From: Pontibacterium sp.
GTDB lineage: Bacteria > Pseudomonadota > Gammaproteobacteria > Pseudomonadales > Balneatricaceae
Reading direction: 5' to 3'
NCBI RefSeq assembly: GCF_041587635.1
Contig: NZ_JBFGYC010000001.1
Location: forward strand, 1 to 38,974
Length of the DNA: 38,974 nucleotides
Below are positions 28,204 to 36,307 of this stretch, one piece after another. The notes beneath the pieces are model-generated. The model saw only the letters and a list, made by a program, of their open reading frames with translations, did no database searches and was not told the DNA's origin. The position numbers were made by a program, and so were the translations under genes. How positions within the stretch are numbered: the stretch's first letter is position 1; each line of letters starts with the position of its first letter.

Positions 28204-28694
28204 CAGACGCCCCCCAAAGAATTTTCTAGCGCAATATGCGCGACCTCTTTCAGATCAGACAGAGATCGACGGCGGTCCAAATCAACACCCGTTGCAGCCA
28301 AGCAATCAGCCTGCAACCGTGCCTTTCCGAGGCCACTGTCTTCGTAGTTAAAATCGATCAGCCGAAAGTGAGGAGTAAGACACATTTCGCCGCCGATACG
28401 CTGATCCATGACTATTGGACTATCTGCATCAGGATCGAACAGATATGAGCCGATAGAGACCAAAGCTTGCAATGCTGGCGGAGCGTCAGACTCAGAATCA
28501 ATCACGACAATCTGAGATTCCGAGATGGCAATGTTGAATTCAGGGCGGGGGCCGTATGTAACAATGAACGCCGGAACAGTATCAGGGCAATAGCTACCGT
28601 ATCGATACCAAGACGCGAGCGCCGCAGGACGCTGGAAACGAGATACCAGCGAATCAGGCGGATTCGATGCGGGTGCCAGTGTATAACAGTTCAT
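28203..28694 (-). CDS. Hypothetical protein
   Basis: 163 aa, translationally coupled to its neighbours. Confidence 0.65.
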   Translation of the reverse strand: MNCYTLAPASNPPDSLVSRFQRPAALASWYRYGSYCPDTVPAFIVTYGPRPEFNIAISESQIVVIDSESDAPPALQALVSIGSYLFDPDADSPIVMDQRIGGEMCLTPHFRLIDFNYEDSGLGKARLQADCLAATGVDLDRRRSLSDLKEVAHIALENSLGGV

Positions 28695-29887
28695 GACTCA
28701 GCCCCCTGGGCAATGGGAATTCTTCGGCGGATACTGAGTGACACAGTCGCGCCCCACGCACCTGCGCCCCCTTTGCGCGCCACCTGTATAGTGGGCGCGC
28801 TGGCGGTATCGTTATATTCGTAAACGCCGGGCGCGGCAGGATTCGGCGCGGAGGTGAGGCCGTATATTCGCGGCGTATCAACACCCGAATAATCAGAAGT
28901 GGTAATCCTAGCCTGATACAATTCGCCAACTTCAAAGACATTCACGGCAAGCGCATTAAACACACCATCGGGCGCATTGATCGTGTAGTCGCTACCGTCA
29001 GCAGCCCAATAGCTGCCGACGATAGGATTACGCCAAAGCTCAGCGCCCAACCAAGCCCCGCCTTTTTTCGTATACGCCTGCACGCTGCCATCGGCAGGAT
29101 TGTAAAGCTGGCCGCCCGTTGTTTCTCTAATATCAGGGGTAAACACTACCGCCACCCCAGTGCTATTTCGCAGATTTAGATACTGAGTTGTTATTACCAG
29201 CTCAGAACTCCCTAAACCCACCCAAGAGCCATTTTCTGAAACCTCAACACCAGGCGGCTTCGAAACCCTAACGCGGACTTGAGACCCAAGGTTTAGCGTT
29301 GTCCACACGCCCCCTGCATCTAATGAAAGCTCTCCCCCTTCCCACAGTTGCGCCGCTGGCACTTCAAGATCATTCGGAACAAATCCGTCTGATCGACTGA
29401 AATCCGAATATTGTCTATGATCAGATCCTGCATGCAGCTCAGCGCAATCATAGACGCCATCCCAGTAAAATCCGCCCAAAGCGGTCGCTAACCGATCAAT
29501 AACAAAAGCGCCCGTGGACTCACCGTCCGCAACATCAACACCGTTTAAGCGCCCCTTAATGACCGAGCCACGGCGTTCAAATTCGAACAATGAAAGCGCG
29601 TGCTCAGAAACCCCCCCTGCCACGCTTCTCACTGACACTCCAGCGCAACGGAAAGTCACAGAATTGTCAGCGTTAACATGCATGTAGCTATCAGAACTTG
29701 CGCTCCCGCACAGCATTCTAATTGTGTCGCATCTCGCCACGGCCAAAATAACAATACGAAAATCACCGGGTGCGGTGAATTCAGGAATTAAAACGTGAGT
29801 CTCGACGGGAGCACGGAACGCGCGCAGGACGCGAGATAACACCGCCTCCTTAAACGGAGCACCCATACCCAAATCGAACCCCATCAT
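28691..29887 (-). CDS. Beta-rich protein, possibly with LamG/carbohydrate-binding folds
   Basis: Gly/Ser/aromatic-rich beta pattern (FEFERRGS..LNGVDV..YWDG); located in the late operon. Confidence 0.55.
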   Translation of the reverse strand: MMGFDLGMGAPFKEAVLSRVLRAFRAPVETHVLIPEFTAPGDFRIVILAVARCDTIRMLCGSASSDSYMHVNADNSVTFRCAGVSVRSVAGGVSEHALSLFEFERRGSVIKGRLNGVDVADGESTGAFVIDRLATALGGFYWDGVYDCAELHAGSDHRQYSDFSRSDGFVPNDLEVPAAQLWEGGELSLDAGGVWTTLNLGSQVRVRVSKPPGVEVSENGSWVGLGSSELVITTQYLNLRNSTGVAVVFTPDIRETTGGQLYNPADGSVQAYTKKGGAWLGAELWRNPIVGSYWAADGSDYTINAPDGVFNALAVNVFEVGELYQARITTSDYSGVDTPRIYGLTSAPNPAAPGVYEYNDTASAPTIQVARKGGAGAWGATVSLSIRRRIPIAQGAES

Positions 29888-30147
29888 CCGAGCATGATCT
29901 CCATCGTGGTCGGCTGCGTAAACGTCCAGGACGTTGCGCCAGGCGGGACACAGGTTACCGTGGCGGGCATTTGGGTTTCAGCAGCAGAAGCATCCCCGAT
30001 GTAGTACAGCGCAGGCGCGGCCAGACGAATCGCCAGAACCCCGTCAAGCTCCAAAGTAGTGACGTCGGGCCGGATCTCTGACGGCGCAAACGCCTGGATC
30101 AACTGGCCGCTGACATGCTTGCGCATTCCTTTACCTTCATCTGACAT
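29884..30147 (-). CDS. Hypothetical protein
   Basis: 87 aa with GAGG RBS, coupled to the next gene. Confidence 0.65.
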   Translation of the reverse strand: MSDEGKGMRKHVSGQLIQAFAPSEIRPDVTTLELDGVLAIRLAAPALYYIGDASAAETQMPATVTCVPPGATSWTFTQPTTMEIMLG

Positions 30148-30156
30148 ACACCACCT

Positions 30157-30444
30157 CTAATCTCGTTTTTGGCCGCGCCAGTTGCGGCGGTCGCGGTACA
30201 CGTTCCAGCCGAATTGCGCGACGATCACAAAAAAACCGCCCGCTGCCGTAATGTCACCCACTTCCAGGCGCACCGCTGCCAGCTCCACCGGGAAGCGCAA
30301 CAACGGCACCGATTCCGCCAGCGGCAATTCCGCGCCGGACACCTGGTCGATCAGCCGCGCCGATTCCGCGCGCACTTTATCCACGACGCTCACCCCGGTC
30401 ACGCCGGTCCCGCCCAGATACGTAATGATCGATCCCTGACGCAT
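30157..30444 (-). CDS. Membrane protein, possible holin; first late gene
   Basis: Hydrophobic segment ITAAGGFFVIVAQFGW followed by a basic tail. Confidence 0.55.
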   Translation of the reverse strand: MRQGSIITYLGGTGVTGVSVVDKVRAESARLIDQVSGAELPLAESVPLLRFPVELAAVRLEVGDITAAGGFFVIVAQFGWNVYRDRRNWRGQKRD

Positions 30445-30497
30445 GTACGGCTTCCTATAAGCTGACTGATATGTTCAATCCCCGACTAACAGGCATA

Positions 30498-30525
30498 AAA
30501 AAACCCGGCACCAGGGCCGGGTTTT
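30498..30525 (-). terminator. tR'-like terminator in the late leader
   Basis: ACCCGGC-CCTGGT-GCCGGGTTTTTT on the minus strand. Confidence 0.7.
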
Positions 30526-30594
30526 GACAGCAATGCACGTCGCCAGGAAAGCAACTCAACGGTTCAATGTACGCACCAAACCCATCGTGGGGCT

Positions 30595-30656
30595 AATCTA
30601 CCCCGTTAATGCCAGCCTGTAAACCCCTTTTGTGTAAATTAACACATTTTGTGTTA
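30595..30656 (-). promoter_or_regulatory. Late promoter (pR'-like) with adjacent ACAC-N5-GTGT operators
   Basis: TTTACA(30623-18)-17-TAGATT(30600-595); operators at 30640-30656 and (degenerate) 30621-30637. Confidence 0.65.
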
Positions 30657-30696
30657 TTGGCCTTTTTGGTTTTTGTGACGGGTCACGCTCACAGCA

Positions 30697-31116
30697 TCAA
30701 CTCAGCAGCAAAGCGCGCGGTGTGGTAACAGTCGGACAACCCTTTATGCAGCCCCTGACAGCCGCCCGGCAACGCTTCGCGCAACGGGCACAAGGACCGG
30801 CCTCAAGCAAGGCCGCCTGCTGCGCCTGCCAGGCTTCCCAATCCCGGCGCACCAGGGTAAGCAGGTATTCGGTCAATTCATACGGCCCGTCGATCCCGCC
30901 GCGCACGGTGCGCAGCTCAACGATCCGCGCGGCTTCAGCCTCACTGCATAAAAAGCGGTGCTCCACCTGCTGCGCCGCTTTCAGCTTGTCGCGGGAGCGT
31001 TTTTTACGCCGGTTCTGATCGGCGCGCTTTTTCACCAGCGCGGCCTGGGCGGCGGCTTTATCCGCGACCGCCCCGGCCAGATCCGCCTGGACGTCCGCAT
31101 CCAAAAAAGACCTCAT
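30697..31116 (-). CDS. Hypothetical protein with Cys-rich C-terminus, apparently frameshifted near 30778
   Basis: An alternative frame after CARC reads EALPGGCQGLHKGLSDCYHT, completing a plausible four-Cys Zn site. Confidence 0.55.
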   Translation of the reverse strand: MRSFLDADVQADLAGAVADKAAAQAALVKKRADQNRRKKRSRDKLKAAQQVEHRFLCSEAEAARIVELRTVRGGIDGPYELTEYLLTLVRRDWEAWQAQQAALLEAGPCARCAKRCRAAVRGCIKGCPTVTTPRALLLS

Positions 31117-31118
31117 GC

Positions 31119-31298
31119 CTAATCCCCCGCCCGAAACAACGCCGGACCCACCCGGCTCATATCGTACAACCCGGCGTTGCGCTCATGCCGCACCGGCTTC
31201 AACTTGGCCCGCACCAGCCGGGCGCGCACCGTGTCGCGGCTCAGCTGAAACATGCGGGCGATCTCCGAAATATTCAGGTATCGCAATTCCTGCGCCAT
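31119..31298 (-). CDS. 59 aa wHTH protein paralogous to the TerS N-terminus (not in the ORF track)
   Basis: MAQELRYLNISEIARMFQLSRDTVRARLVRAKLKPV..LYDM..VGPALF versus TerS WSISRFAEAFKMDRATIRKRLKAAGVEPV..LYAL..AAPAI. Confidence 0.75.
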   Translation of the reverse strand: MAQELRYLNISEIARMFQLSRDTVRARLVRAKLKPVRHERNAGLYDMSRVGPALFRAGD

Positions 31299-31415
31299 AA
31301 AACCCCCTTGCTCTGTCTGTTTCGTCGCGCCCCAGCCCTTGGCCTGCCAGGGATTCGCCAGTCACCTGCCTAACCCGGTGGTGATGCGCCATAGAACCGC
31401 GAAAATTAGCCGATC

Positions 31416-31462
31416 CCCGCGAGCCTCGCGCCCGTGGGGTTATTTGGTCTGCTCAGGGTCCC
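31416..31462 (-). other. Lambda-like cosQ/cosN packaging site
   Basis: GGGACCC-20 nt-ACGGGCGCGAGGCTCGCGGG versus lambda GGGTCCT-20 nt-ACGGGGCGGCGACCTCGCGGG. Confidence 0.6.
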
Positions 31463-31601
31463 CTTTTATTTCCAGCCGCTTCTGGCTGTGTTCGCGCGCT
31501 AACTGCTTGTTTTTACAAAACTTCCACATGATGCCTCTGATCTTTTCTTGGCGATTCATAACGGCCTGCGCAGCCTCAAATTCGCGTCGATCCATCCCCA
31601 T
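31440..31601 (-). CDS. 53 aa hypothetical protein (not in the ORF track)
   Basis: AAGGAG RBS; MGMDRREFEAAQAVMNRQEKIRG.. Confidence 0.5.
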   Translation of the reverse strand: MGMDRREFEAAQAVMNRQEKIRGIMWKFCKNKQLAREHSQKRLEIKGDPEQTK

Positions 31602-31765
31602 GATTTACTCCTTATCGATAGAAACCTTCATTTCCCTAGATCCTGCATTCTGACAAGGGATCTAAGGCGTTACGTTTGAAGCCGGATCTCGCGCCTGTCT
31701 CGGTGTCAAAAACCGTCCCTTGAGGCGAATAGAGCCACTGGTGACGACGTTTCACCACCCCCGCT

Positions 31766-33001
31766 TTAGGCGGCGTTTATTTGATGCAGATCGGACAGGT
31801 CCAGGGCGGGCAACAGTTGCGCCAGATCCAGGCCGCGACTCGCCAGGTGGTTGTGGTAGTGGGTTAACGCCTGGCGCTTCTGACTCAGCAAATGACTGTG
31901 AATATAAGCGGCGTCCAGATCCTTGAGGGCATGATTGAGTAACGCCTCCCCCACAAAGTAATCCACCCCCAGATCGGTCCACACGGTGCGCGCCAGCTTA
32001 CGCAGATCGTGACTGCTCCATGCCCCTACCGCCCACGGCTTGAACCAGCGCTGTACCGTGCTTTTACTCACCGCCTGACCCCGCACCCCAGGAAACAGGT
32101 AATCGCCCTGATAGCCGCGCTTTCGACAATACACCCGGTAGGCGCGCAACAGCTGCAGCACGGGATCAGTGATCGGGATTTGATGCGCCTGGCCGTTCTT
32201 GGTCTCAGCGCCAGGGACGGTCAACAGGCGGGACGGCTCATCGATCCAGCGCCAGCGTAAGCGGCGCGTCTCACTGATCCGGGTGCCGTGCAACAACATC
32301 AACAGCGGTAACAGGGCCTGATCCGGGGGCGATGCCCCCCAGGCCCGGGCCAGGCGCGACAGATCCTGAATCTGTAAACGGCCTGCACGCGGAGTCACAC
32401 GGTGACTGACGAAATCCGAAAACACCCAATCAGCCAGGGGGTTATGGCGGATCTTCTGCAGCTGGGTGGCGAGGCGAAAGGCGCGCTTGAGGACGGCCAG
32501 CACCTGACGCACCTGGGCCAAGCTGTAGCGGTTCTGCAGCGGCCATAGCAACACCTCATCCAAGCGGTCACGGCTCAGCTGGGAAATCAGCTCATGCTGC
32601 AGGGCGGGGGCCAGGTGGCACTTGATCACGCTCTTAGTCGTGGCGCGGCGCGAGGCGGATAACCGGCGGTCTGATTGGATGCGTTCCCCGTACCAGGCCA
32701 GCAGCGGGCCGACCTGGTCCCAGTGATCAACCGCCACCGACTGATTGAGCGCCAGGCCCACGACCCGCTCAGGGATCTGCGGCAGCAAACGGGCCGCCAA
32801 CAGGGACGGCCAGCGCCCGATAAAGGACCAGGCCGACTTGCCGCGATGGCGGACCAGATACCAGCTGCCGCCCTGACGGTCCTTGTGATAGCGGAAGTAG
32901 AGCGGCCAGCGCGGGTCCTTGATCTGACGACAGCCCGACGCGGCCAGCTCCCGGATCGCCGCGTCGGATATTTTACGCTCTATGGTCTGAACTCCAGACA
33001 T
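31766..33001 (-). CDS. Tyrosine recombinase (phage integrase family, N-terminal arm-binding-like domain)
   Basis: GTRISE, TKN, HDLR, LLNH and AAY: all catalytic residues present. Confidence 0.92.
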   Translation of the reverse strand: MSGVQTIERKISDAAIRELAASGCRQIKDPRWPLYFRYHKDRQGGSWYLVRHRGKSAWSFIGRWPSLLAARLLPQIPERVVGLALNQSVAVDHWDQVGPLLAWYGERIQSDRRLSASRRATTKSVIKCHLAPALQHELISQLSRDRLDEVLLWPLQNRYSLAQVRQVLAVLKRAFRLATQLQKIRHNPLADWVFSDFVSHRVTPRAGRLQIQDLSRLARAWGASPPDQALLPLLMLLHGTRISETRRLRWRWIDEPSRLLTVPGAETKNGQAHQIPITDPVLQLLRAYRVYCRKRGYQGDYLFPGVRGQAVSKSTVQRWFKPWAVGAWSSHDLRKLARTVWTDLGVDYFVGEALLNHALKDLDAAYIHSHLLSQKRQALTHYHNHLASRGLDLAQLLPALDLSDLHQINAA

Positions 33002-33087
33002 GCGCCTGCCTTCCTTGATAGGATGAATTCGTTAAATCGTTATTTAAAGAAGCCCTGAGCGAATGCCAGGGATGTCGCATTAGAGGG

Positions 33088-33138
33088 CTATAACACCTCT
33101 ATGACCGGGACCTGCGGCCCGGTATCTCTTTGTTATAC
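33088..33138 (+). other. attC-like site 1
   Basis: R'' CTATAAC, 5 nt, L'' TAT(G)ACCG ... L' CGGTATC, 5 nt, R' GTTATAC. Confidence 0.65.
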
Positions 33139-33336
33139 GGCGTACTCAATCGCAAATGTCTCGCCAGTCGTAACGTCCCGCCACGCCACATTAATTGGCC
33201 TAGTTAGCGGTTCACCGTCATCGTATGTCGCGGCAGTCGGCGGAGTGCCTTTGACTGCTGTCAGGTCTCTACCCATCTCTCTGCGCTCGTTAAGCCAACC
33301 ATCCAGTTCAGTTTTGTTTAATATTTCCACTGCCAT
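33133..33336 (-). CDS. Hypothetical protein in an attC-delimited cassette
   Basis: Start likely MAVEIL at 33336 after GGAGGG; stop codon lies inside the GTTA core. Confidence 0.7.
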   Translation of the reverse strand: MAVEILNKTELDGWLNERREMGRDLTAVKGTPPTAATYDDGEPLTRPINVAWRDVTTGETFAIEYAV

Positions 33337-33342
33337 CCCTCC

Positions 33343-33422
33343 GTATAACAATGCCATGCAGCGGACTAGCGCTCCGCTCTCTGGCGTTCACTCTGCATTG
33401 GCCGATGATGGCCGGGTTATTT
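33343..33422 (+). other. attC-like site 2
   Basis: R'' GTATAAC, AATGC, L'' CAT(G)CAGC ... L' GATGATG, GCCGG, R' GTTATTT. Confidence 0.75.
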
Positions 33423-33725
33423 AGCTACATCCGAGTGATAGCCATCCACGTAAGCCAGGGTTACTTTAAATCGTCCACGGCCTGGGTCGTCACGGTCATA
33501 AAACATCTGCGAACGCTCACCCATCGCATCCACACCAACACCCCAAAAGGCGTATTTATGCTCAACGCGGGTAACACGCTTTGCGTCTTCCTTTCCGTGT
33601 TCTGCAATCAACTTACCCTGGCAGTGCTCAGCCGAATGCCAACCCTTGAACGGCTCCCAACCGGGATGATCCTCAAACCACAAAACAATGTATTCGCCGT
33701 CCTTGTACTTGATCGTCATTTCCAC
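33417..33725 (-). CDS. Hypothetical protein, second cassette-like ORF
   Basis: AGGAG RBS; stop codon inside the GTTA core of attC-like site 2. Confidence 0.7.
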   Translation of the reverse strand: MEMTIKYKDGEYIVLWFEDHPGWEPFKGWHSAEHCQGKLIAEHGKEDAKRVTRVEHKYAFWGVGVDAMGERSQMFYDRDDPGRGRFKVTLAYVDGYHSDVAK

Positions 33726-33739
33726 ACTCCTGACCTAAA

Positions 33740-33916
33740 TCAATATTCATTTTCTTCAGCGATACGGTTGCGCTTGGCTTCTTCGAAAGCATCCCAATCC
33801 GTTGTCTCTTCCAGGGTGATACAGCGATCACACATCACTGAACCGTAGTAATTTGAAAGCCCGGCTTCGTCATCGCTGCAAACGCTGCATTTCGACCACT
33901 CCAGCGGCTTAACCAT
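33740..33916 (-). CDS. Small CxxC..CxxC protein
   Basis: CSVC..CDRC with acidic tail; start probably MVKP. Confidence 0.6.
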   Translation of the reverse strand: MVKPLEWSKCSVCSDDEAGLSNYYGSVMCDRCITLEETTDWDAFEEAKRNRIAEENEY

Positions 33917-34292
33917 CAACCAACACCCCATCCTTTATCCTCACCCAGATCACCGCGCCGGGCGGGTGGTTGTACCTGATCGGCTCTATAAACCGCTGCG
34001 CGCCTTCCATTACCCACGGATAACGCCACTTCGCCAGCAGCGCTGGGTCTGACACCTGGTGTTTATCAAAATCATCCAGAGCGGCGTCAGGGTCTAAGGG
34101 CTGCAGGCTATCAACGATTTTCGCTTTGCCAACGACCAGGCCAGAACCCGATTCAGCCAGCGCAATCCACCCGCGTACCCTGGTCCCGCTTGTGCGCAGC
34201 TCCCACGGCTTAATCCCCTGGAATATCAGATCCAACCACTGACGCTGTACAATCAGGATTCGGTCTATATCCGCCAGCTTGTCGCCTATCAC
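33909..34292 (-). CDS. ASCH domain protein
   Basis: LIVQRQWLDLIFQGIKPWELR..RG.IAL; PIRYNHPPGAVIW. Confidence 0.88.
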   Translation of the reverse strand: MIGDKLADIDRILIVQRQWLDLIFQGIKPWELRTSGTRVRGWIALAESGSGLVVGKAKIVDSLQPLDPDAALDDFDKHQVSDPALLAKWRYPWVMEGAQRFIEPIRYNHPPGAVIWVRIKDGVLVDG

Positions 34293-34753
34293 CTTAAACC
34301 CCTTGCTAAATCGTCCTGAACTGCCACCCGCGCCGTTTGAAGCTTGCGGCGGTATGTGCGCAGCGATACGCCCAGGGTGCGCGCACGGGCGTCCTGGTTC
34401 ATTTGCTCAACCATGCGAGCGCTAACCGACCGAATGACGCCGCGCTTTACCAGGGAGCGGATACCCGCCTGATACTGAAGGCGCAGCACATTAGCCGCTG
34501 CTATATCCGCCTCAGATAAGCGCATCACCGCCGCCTCAATCATCGACTCAACCGAATCACGGCCCAGCGGATCGCTGGGACCAGACCCGCCGCCCATCGT
34601 TATCGTTTCGCCTGGCTCCAGCGCCATAACCTTCGATTGAAAGCTGGCGGTATTGACGGTCGGCTCGCCGCCAAACTCGCACCAGCGGCCCCAGGCAAAC
34701 AACAGATCATCTAAGTCTTTATCCGCCTGCGTGCGGATCGGCCTTACCATCAA
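34289..34753 (-). CDS. Q-like late antiterminator/regulator
   Basis: LDDLLFAWGRW, IEAAVMRL..VLRLQY, C-terminal HTH LGVSLRTYRRKL; a matching pR'/tR'-like leader is present. Confidence 0.7.
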   Translation of the reverse strand: MMVRPIRTQADKDLDDLLFAWGRWCEFGGEPTVNTASFQSKVMALEPGETITMGGGSGPSDPLGRDSVESMIEAAVMRLSEADIAAANVLRLQYQAGIRSLVKRGVIRSVSARMVEQMNQDARARTLGVSLRTYRRKLQTARVAVQDDLARGLR

Positions 34754-35022
34754 TAAACCTCGCCATCTTTAAAAAACAACAACGCCTCACCGGGTCGCAA
34801 ATCCACAATCGGAATCCGTGGGATGTTCTTTTGACGGCTTTTATAGAGATAACCTGGACGCCCTACGCGGGGCTTGCGTTCAACCAACCCCTCTTTTGAC
34901 GCCTTCGATAAGATCCTGGAAACCTGGATTTTTGCTAACCCACAACGGCGCGATACATTCGCCATGATGTACCACGTTTCCGGGTCCATGCTGGACAACA
35001 CCGTGGTTTCCAATGTGCTCAC
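34750..35022 (-). CDS. Small winged-helix protein
   Basis: VSRRCGLAKIQVSRILSK..EGLVER. Confidence 0.6.
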   Translation of the reverse strand: MSTLETTVLSSMDPETWYIMANVSRRCGLAKIQVSRILSKASKEGLVERKPRVGRPGYLYKSRQKNIPRIPIVDLRPGEALLFFKDGEVY

Positions 35023-35024
35023 GT

Positions 35025-35264
35025 TTAACGCCTCTTAACCAGGGACTGGTTGAACGCACCCAACAAACGCAACCAGGACGCTTTAGCCACCGGACAGGTA
35101 TCCAGCTTTGCGCGACTATCAATCCCGCAGTACTCACGCACCCGCATAGCGGCCTCTTTTTCGTTGCGACACGGCATACCCTGGCTACGCAAAAACGCCT
35201 GGAATCGATCCACTCGACAAACCAGGGCGCAGCCCGTAGACGCACGTACCGGGCGGCGCATCAT
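35025..35264 (-). CDS. Hypothetical phage protein
   Basis: VREYCGIDSRAKLD motif common in phage early proteins; coupled gene. Confidence 0.65.
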   Translation of the reverse strand: MMRRPVRASTGCALVCRVDRFQAFLRSQGMPCRNEKEAAMRVREYCGIDSRAKLDTCPVAKASWLRLLGAFNQSLVKRR

Positions 35265-35530
35265 TCCCCCGCCCCAGGCAGTGCCAGGTTGTATTCATTA
35301 ATCATTTGTTCTGTCTCTCGCGGGGTCAGATCATAGGTATAAACTTTGTTTTGGCGGGCAATCCGAAGGCGGTTTAACTCCCAGCGGATCAACACCGCGC
35401 GCGGGGCGTACAGCTGAGCCAGGCGACTTTTAACGCCCTCGCGGCTTAACTCACCATCTAAGATCTGCTTCCACCACCCCGCCGCCACTTCACGGGCATA
35501 GGCGGTTTCGCCCAACGGAATACACGGCAT
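35261..35530 (-). CDS. Hypothetical protein
   Basis: Coupled ORF in the early operon. Confidence 0.6.
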   Translation of the reverse strand: MPCIPLGETAYAREVAAGWWKQILDGELSREGVKSRLAQLYAPRAVLIRWELNRLRIARQNKVYTYDLTPRETEQMINEYNLALPGAGE

Positions 35531-35532
35531 CT

Positions 35533-35949
35533 TTACAACCCGGCGCGGCGGCGGGCTTCAGATAGCGCCTCCTCAGGCATCAAGAAATGCGGGCGCGGAC
35601 GAAAAGCGCCCTGATCAGTCACCATTAAATCGTGGCGCTCAATAGGAATTTCCTTAGACGGCGGACCTTCGCAGTTCCACATAAACGCCCCTTTGGCGCG
35701 CAATACTTGAGCCTCTTCCATACTCAGAACGTGCATCACCACCTGCAGCTCATCCGCTCGACCGCCGTCGTCCTGCAGAAACTGATTCAGCGCCTCAACG
35801 CGACGCTGAGCCATACGGGTCGGATTTCCATCGCACAAACGCGGGTAATTCAAATCCAACACCCGCGCTGTACTAGATGACGCCTGCAGCGCCTTAGCGA
35901 TCTTTGTACGGCGCGGCGACTCTCCGCCCATCAATCCAATAATCATCAA
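35533..35949 (-). CDS. Hypothetical protein, possibly a degenerate dNMP-kinase-like fold
   Basis: MIIGLMGG start and EEAQVLRAKGA, but no intact Walker A. Confidence 0.55.
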   Translation of the reverse strand: MMIIGLMGGESPRRTKIAKALQASSSTARVLDLNYPRLCDGNPTRMAQRRVEALNQFLQDDGGRADELQVVMHVLSMEEAQVLRAKGAFMWNCEGPPSKEIPIERHDLMVTDQGAFRPRPHFLMPEEALSEARRRAGL

Positions 35950-36188
35950 TCCCTACCTTTCACTTTTTTGGTTGCGTGCGGTCGATAGATACCGTTGTAA
36001 TCCACTGCGCCACCGGTCTTTAAAACAATCATTGCCGCCGATGAGATACGCGGCGCACCCTGCAGGTAATACCAAGACGACACCGTTCGAGCCTCTTCAC
36101 CCAAAATGCGGGCAGCCCTGGCGATGCGCTCACCTTGGTTTTTTCCTTCCTGCTGATCGACCCAATCCTGAAAATCCACAAAAAGCAC
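35946..36188 (-). CDS. cro: Cro-like repressor
   Basis: AARILGEEARTVSSWY HTH; divergent from cI; first gene of the early operon. Confidence 0.75.
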   Translation of the reverse strand: MLFVDFQDWVDQQEGKNQGERIARAARILGEEARTVSSWYYLQGAPRISSAAMIVLKTGGAVDYNGIYRPHATKKVKGRD

Positions 36189-36192
36189 TCTT

Positions 36193-36273
36193 TAACACTT
36201 TATGTGTATATTTTTAACACAAAACACAGAGCACGCAAAGCTCTTATTGTGGTTTTGAACACTTTACGTGTAT
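36193..36273. promoter_or_regulatory. Immunity region with two operators
   Basis: TAACAC-TTTAT-GTGTAT (36193-209) and GAACAC-TTTAC-GTGTAT (36257-273). Confidence 0.75.
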
Positions 36274-36307
36274 AGTTTTAGAAAATTGCCCGACAGCTAG
36301 GAAAACC

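Noticed and set aside
31183-31392. 69 aa ORF from the track
   Set aside because: The overlapping frame 31119-31298 has an RBS-like GGGGG and clear wHTH similarity, so it is preferred
31766-33001. Calling the recombinase an integron integrase (IntI)
   Set aside because: It lacks the IntI-specific insertion after the TKN region and has a phage arm-binding-like N-terminus; no attI site could be recognised
33101-33424. 107 aa plus-strand ORF
   Set aside because: It is a read-through of the attC-like palindromes (YNNAMQRT..) and is antisense to a better ORF
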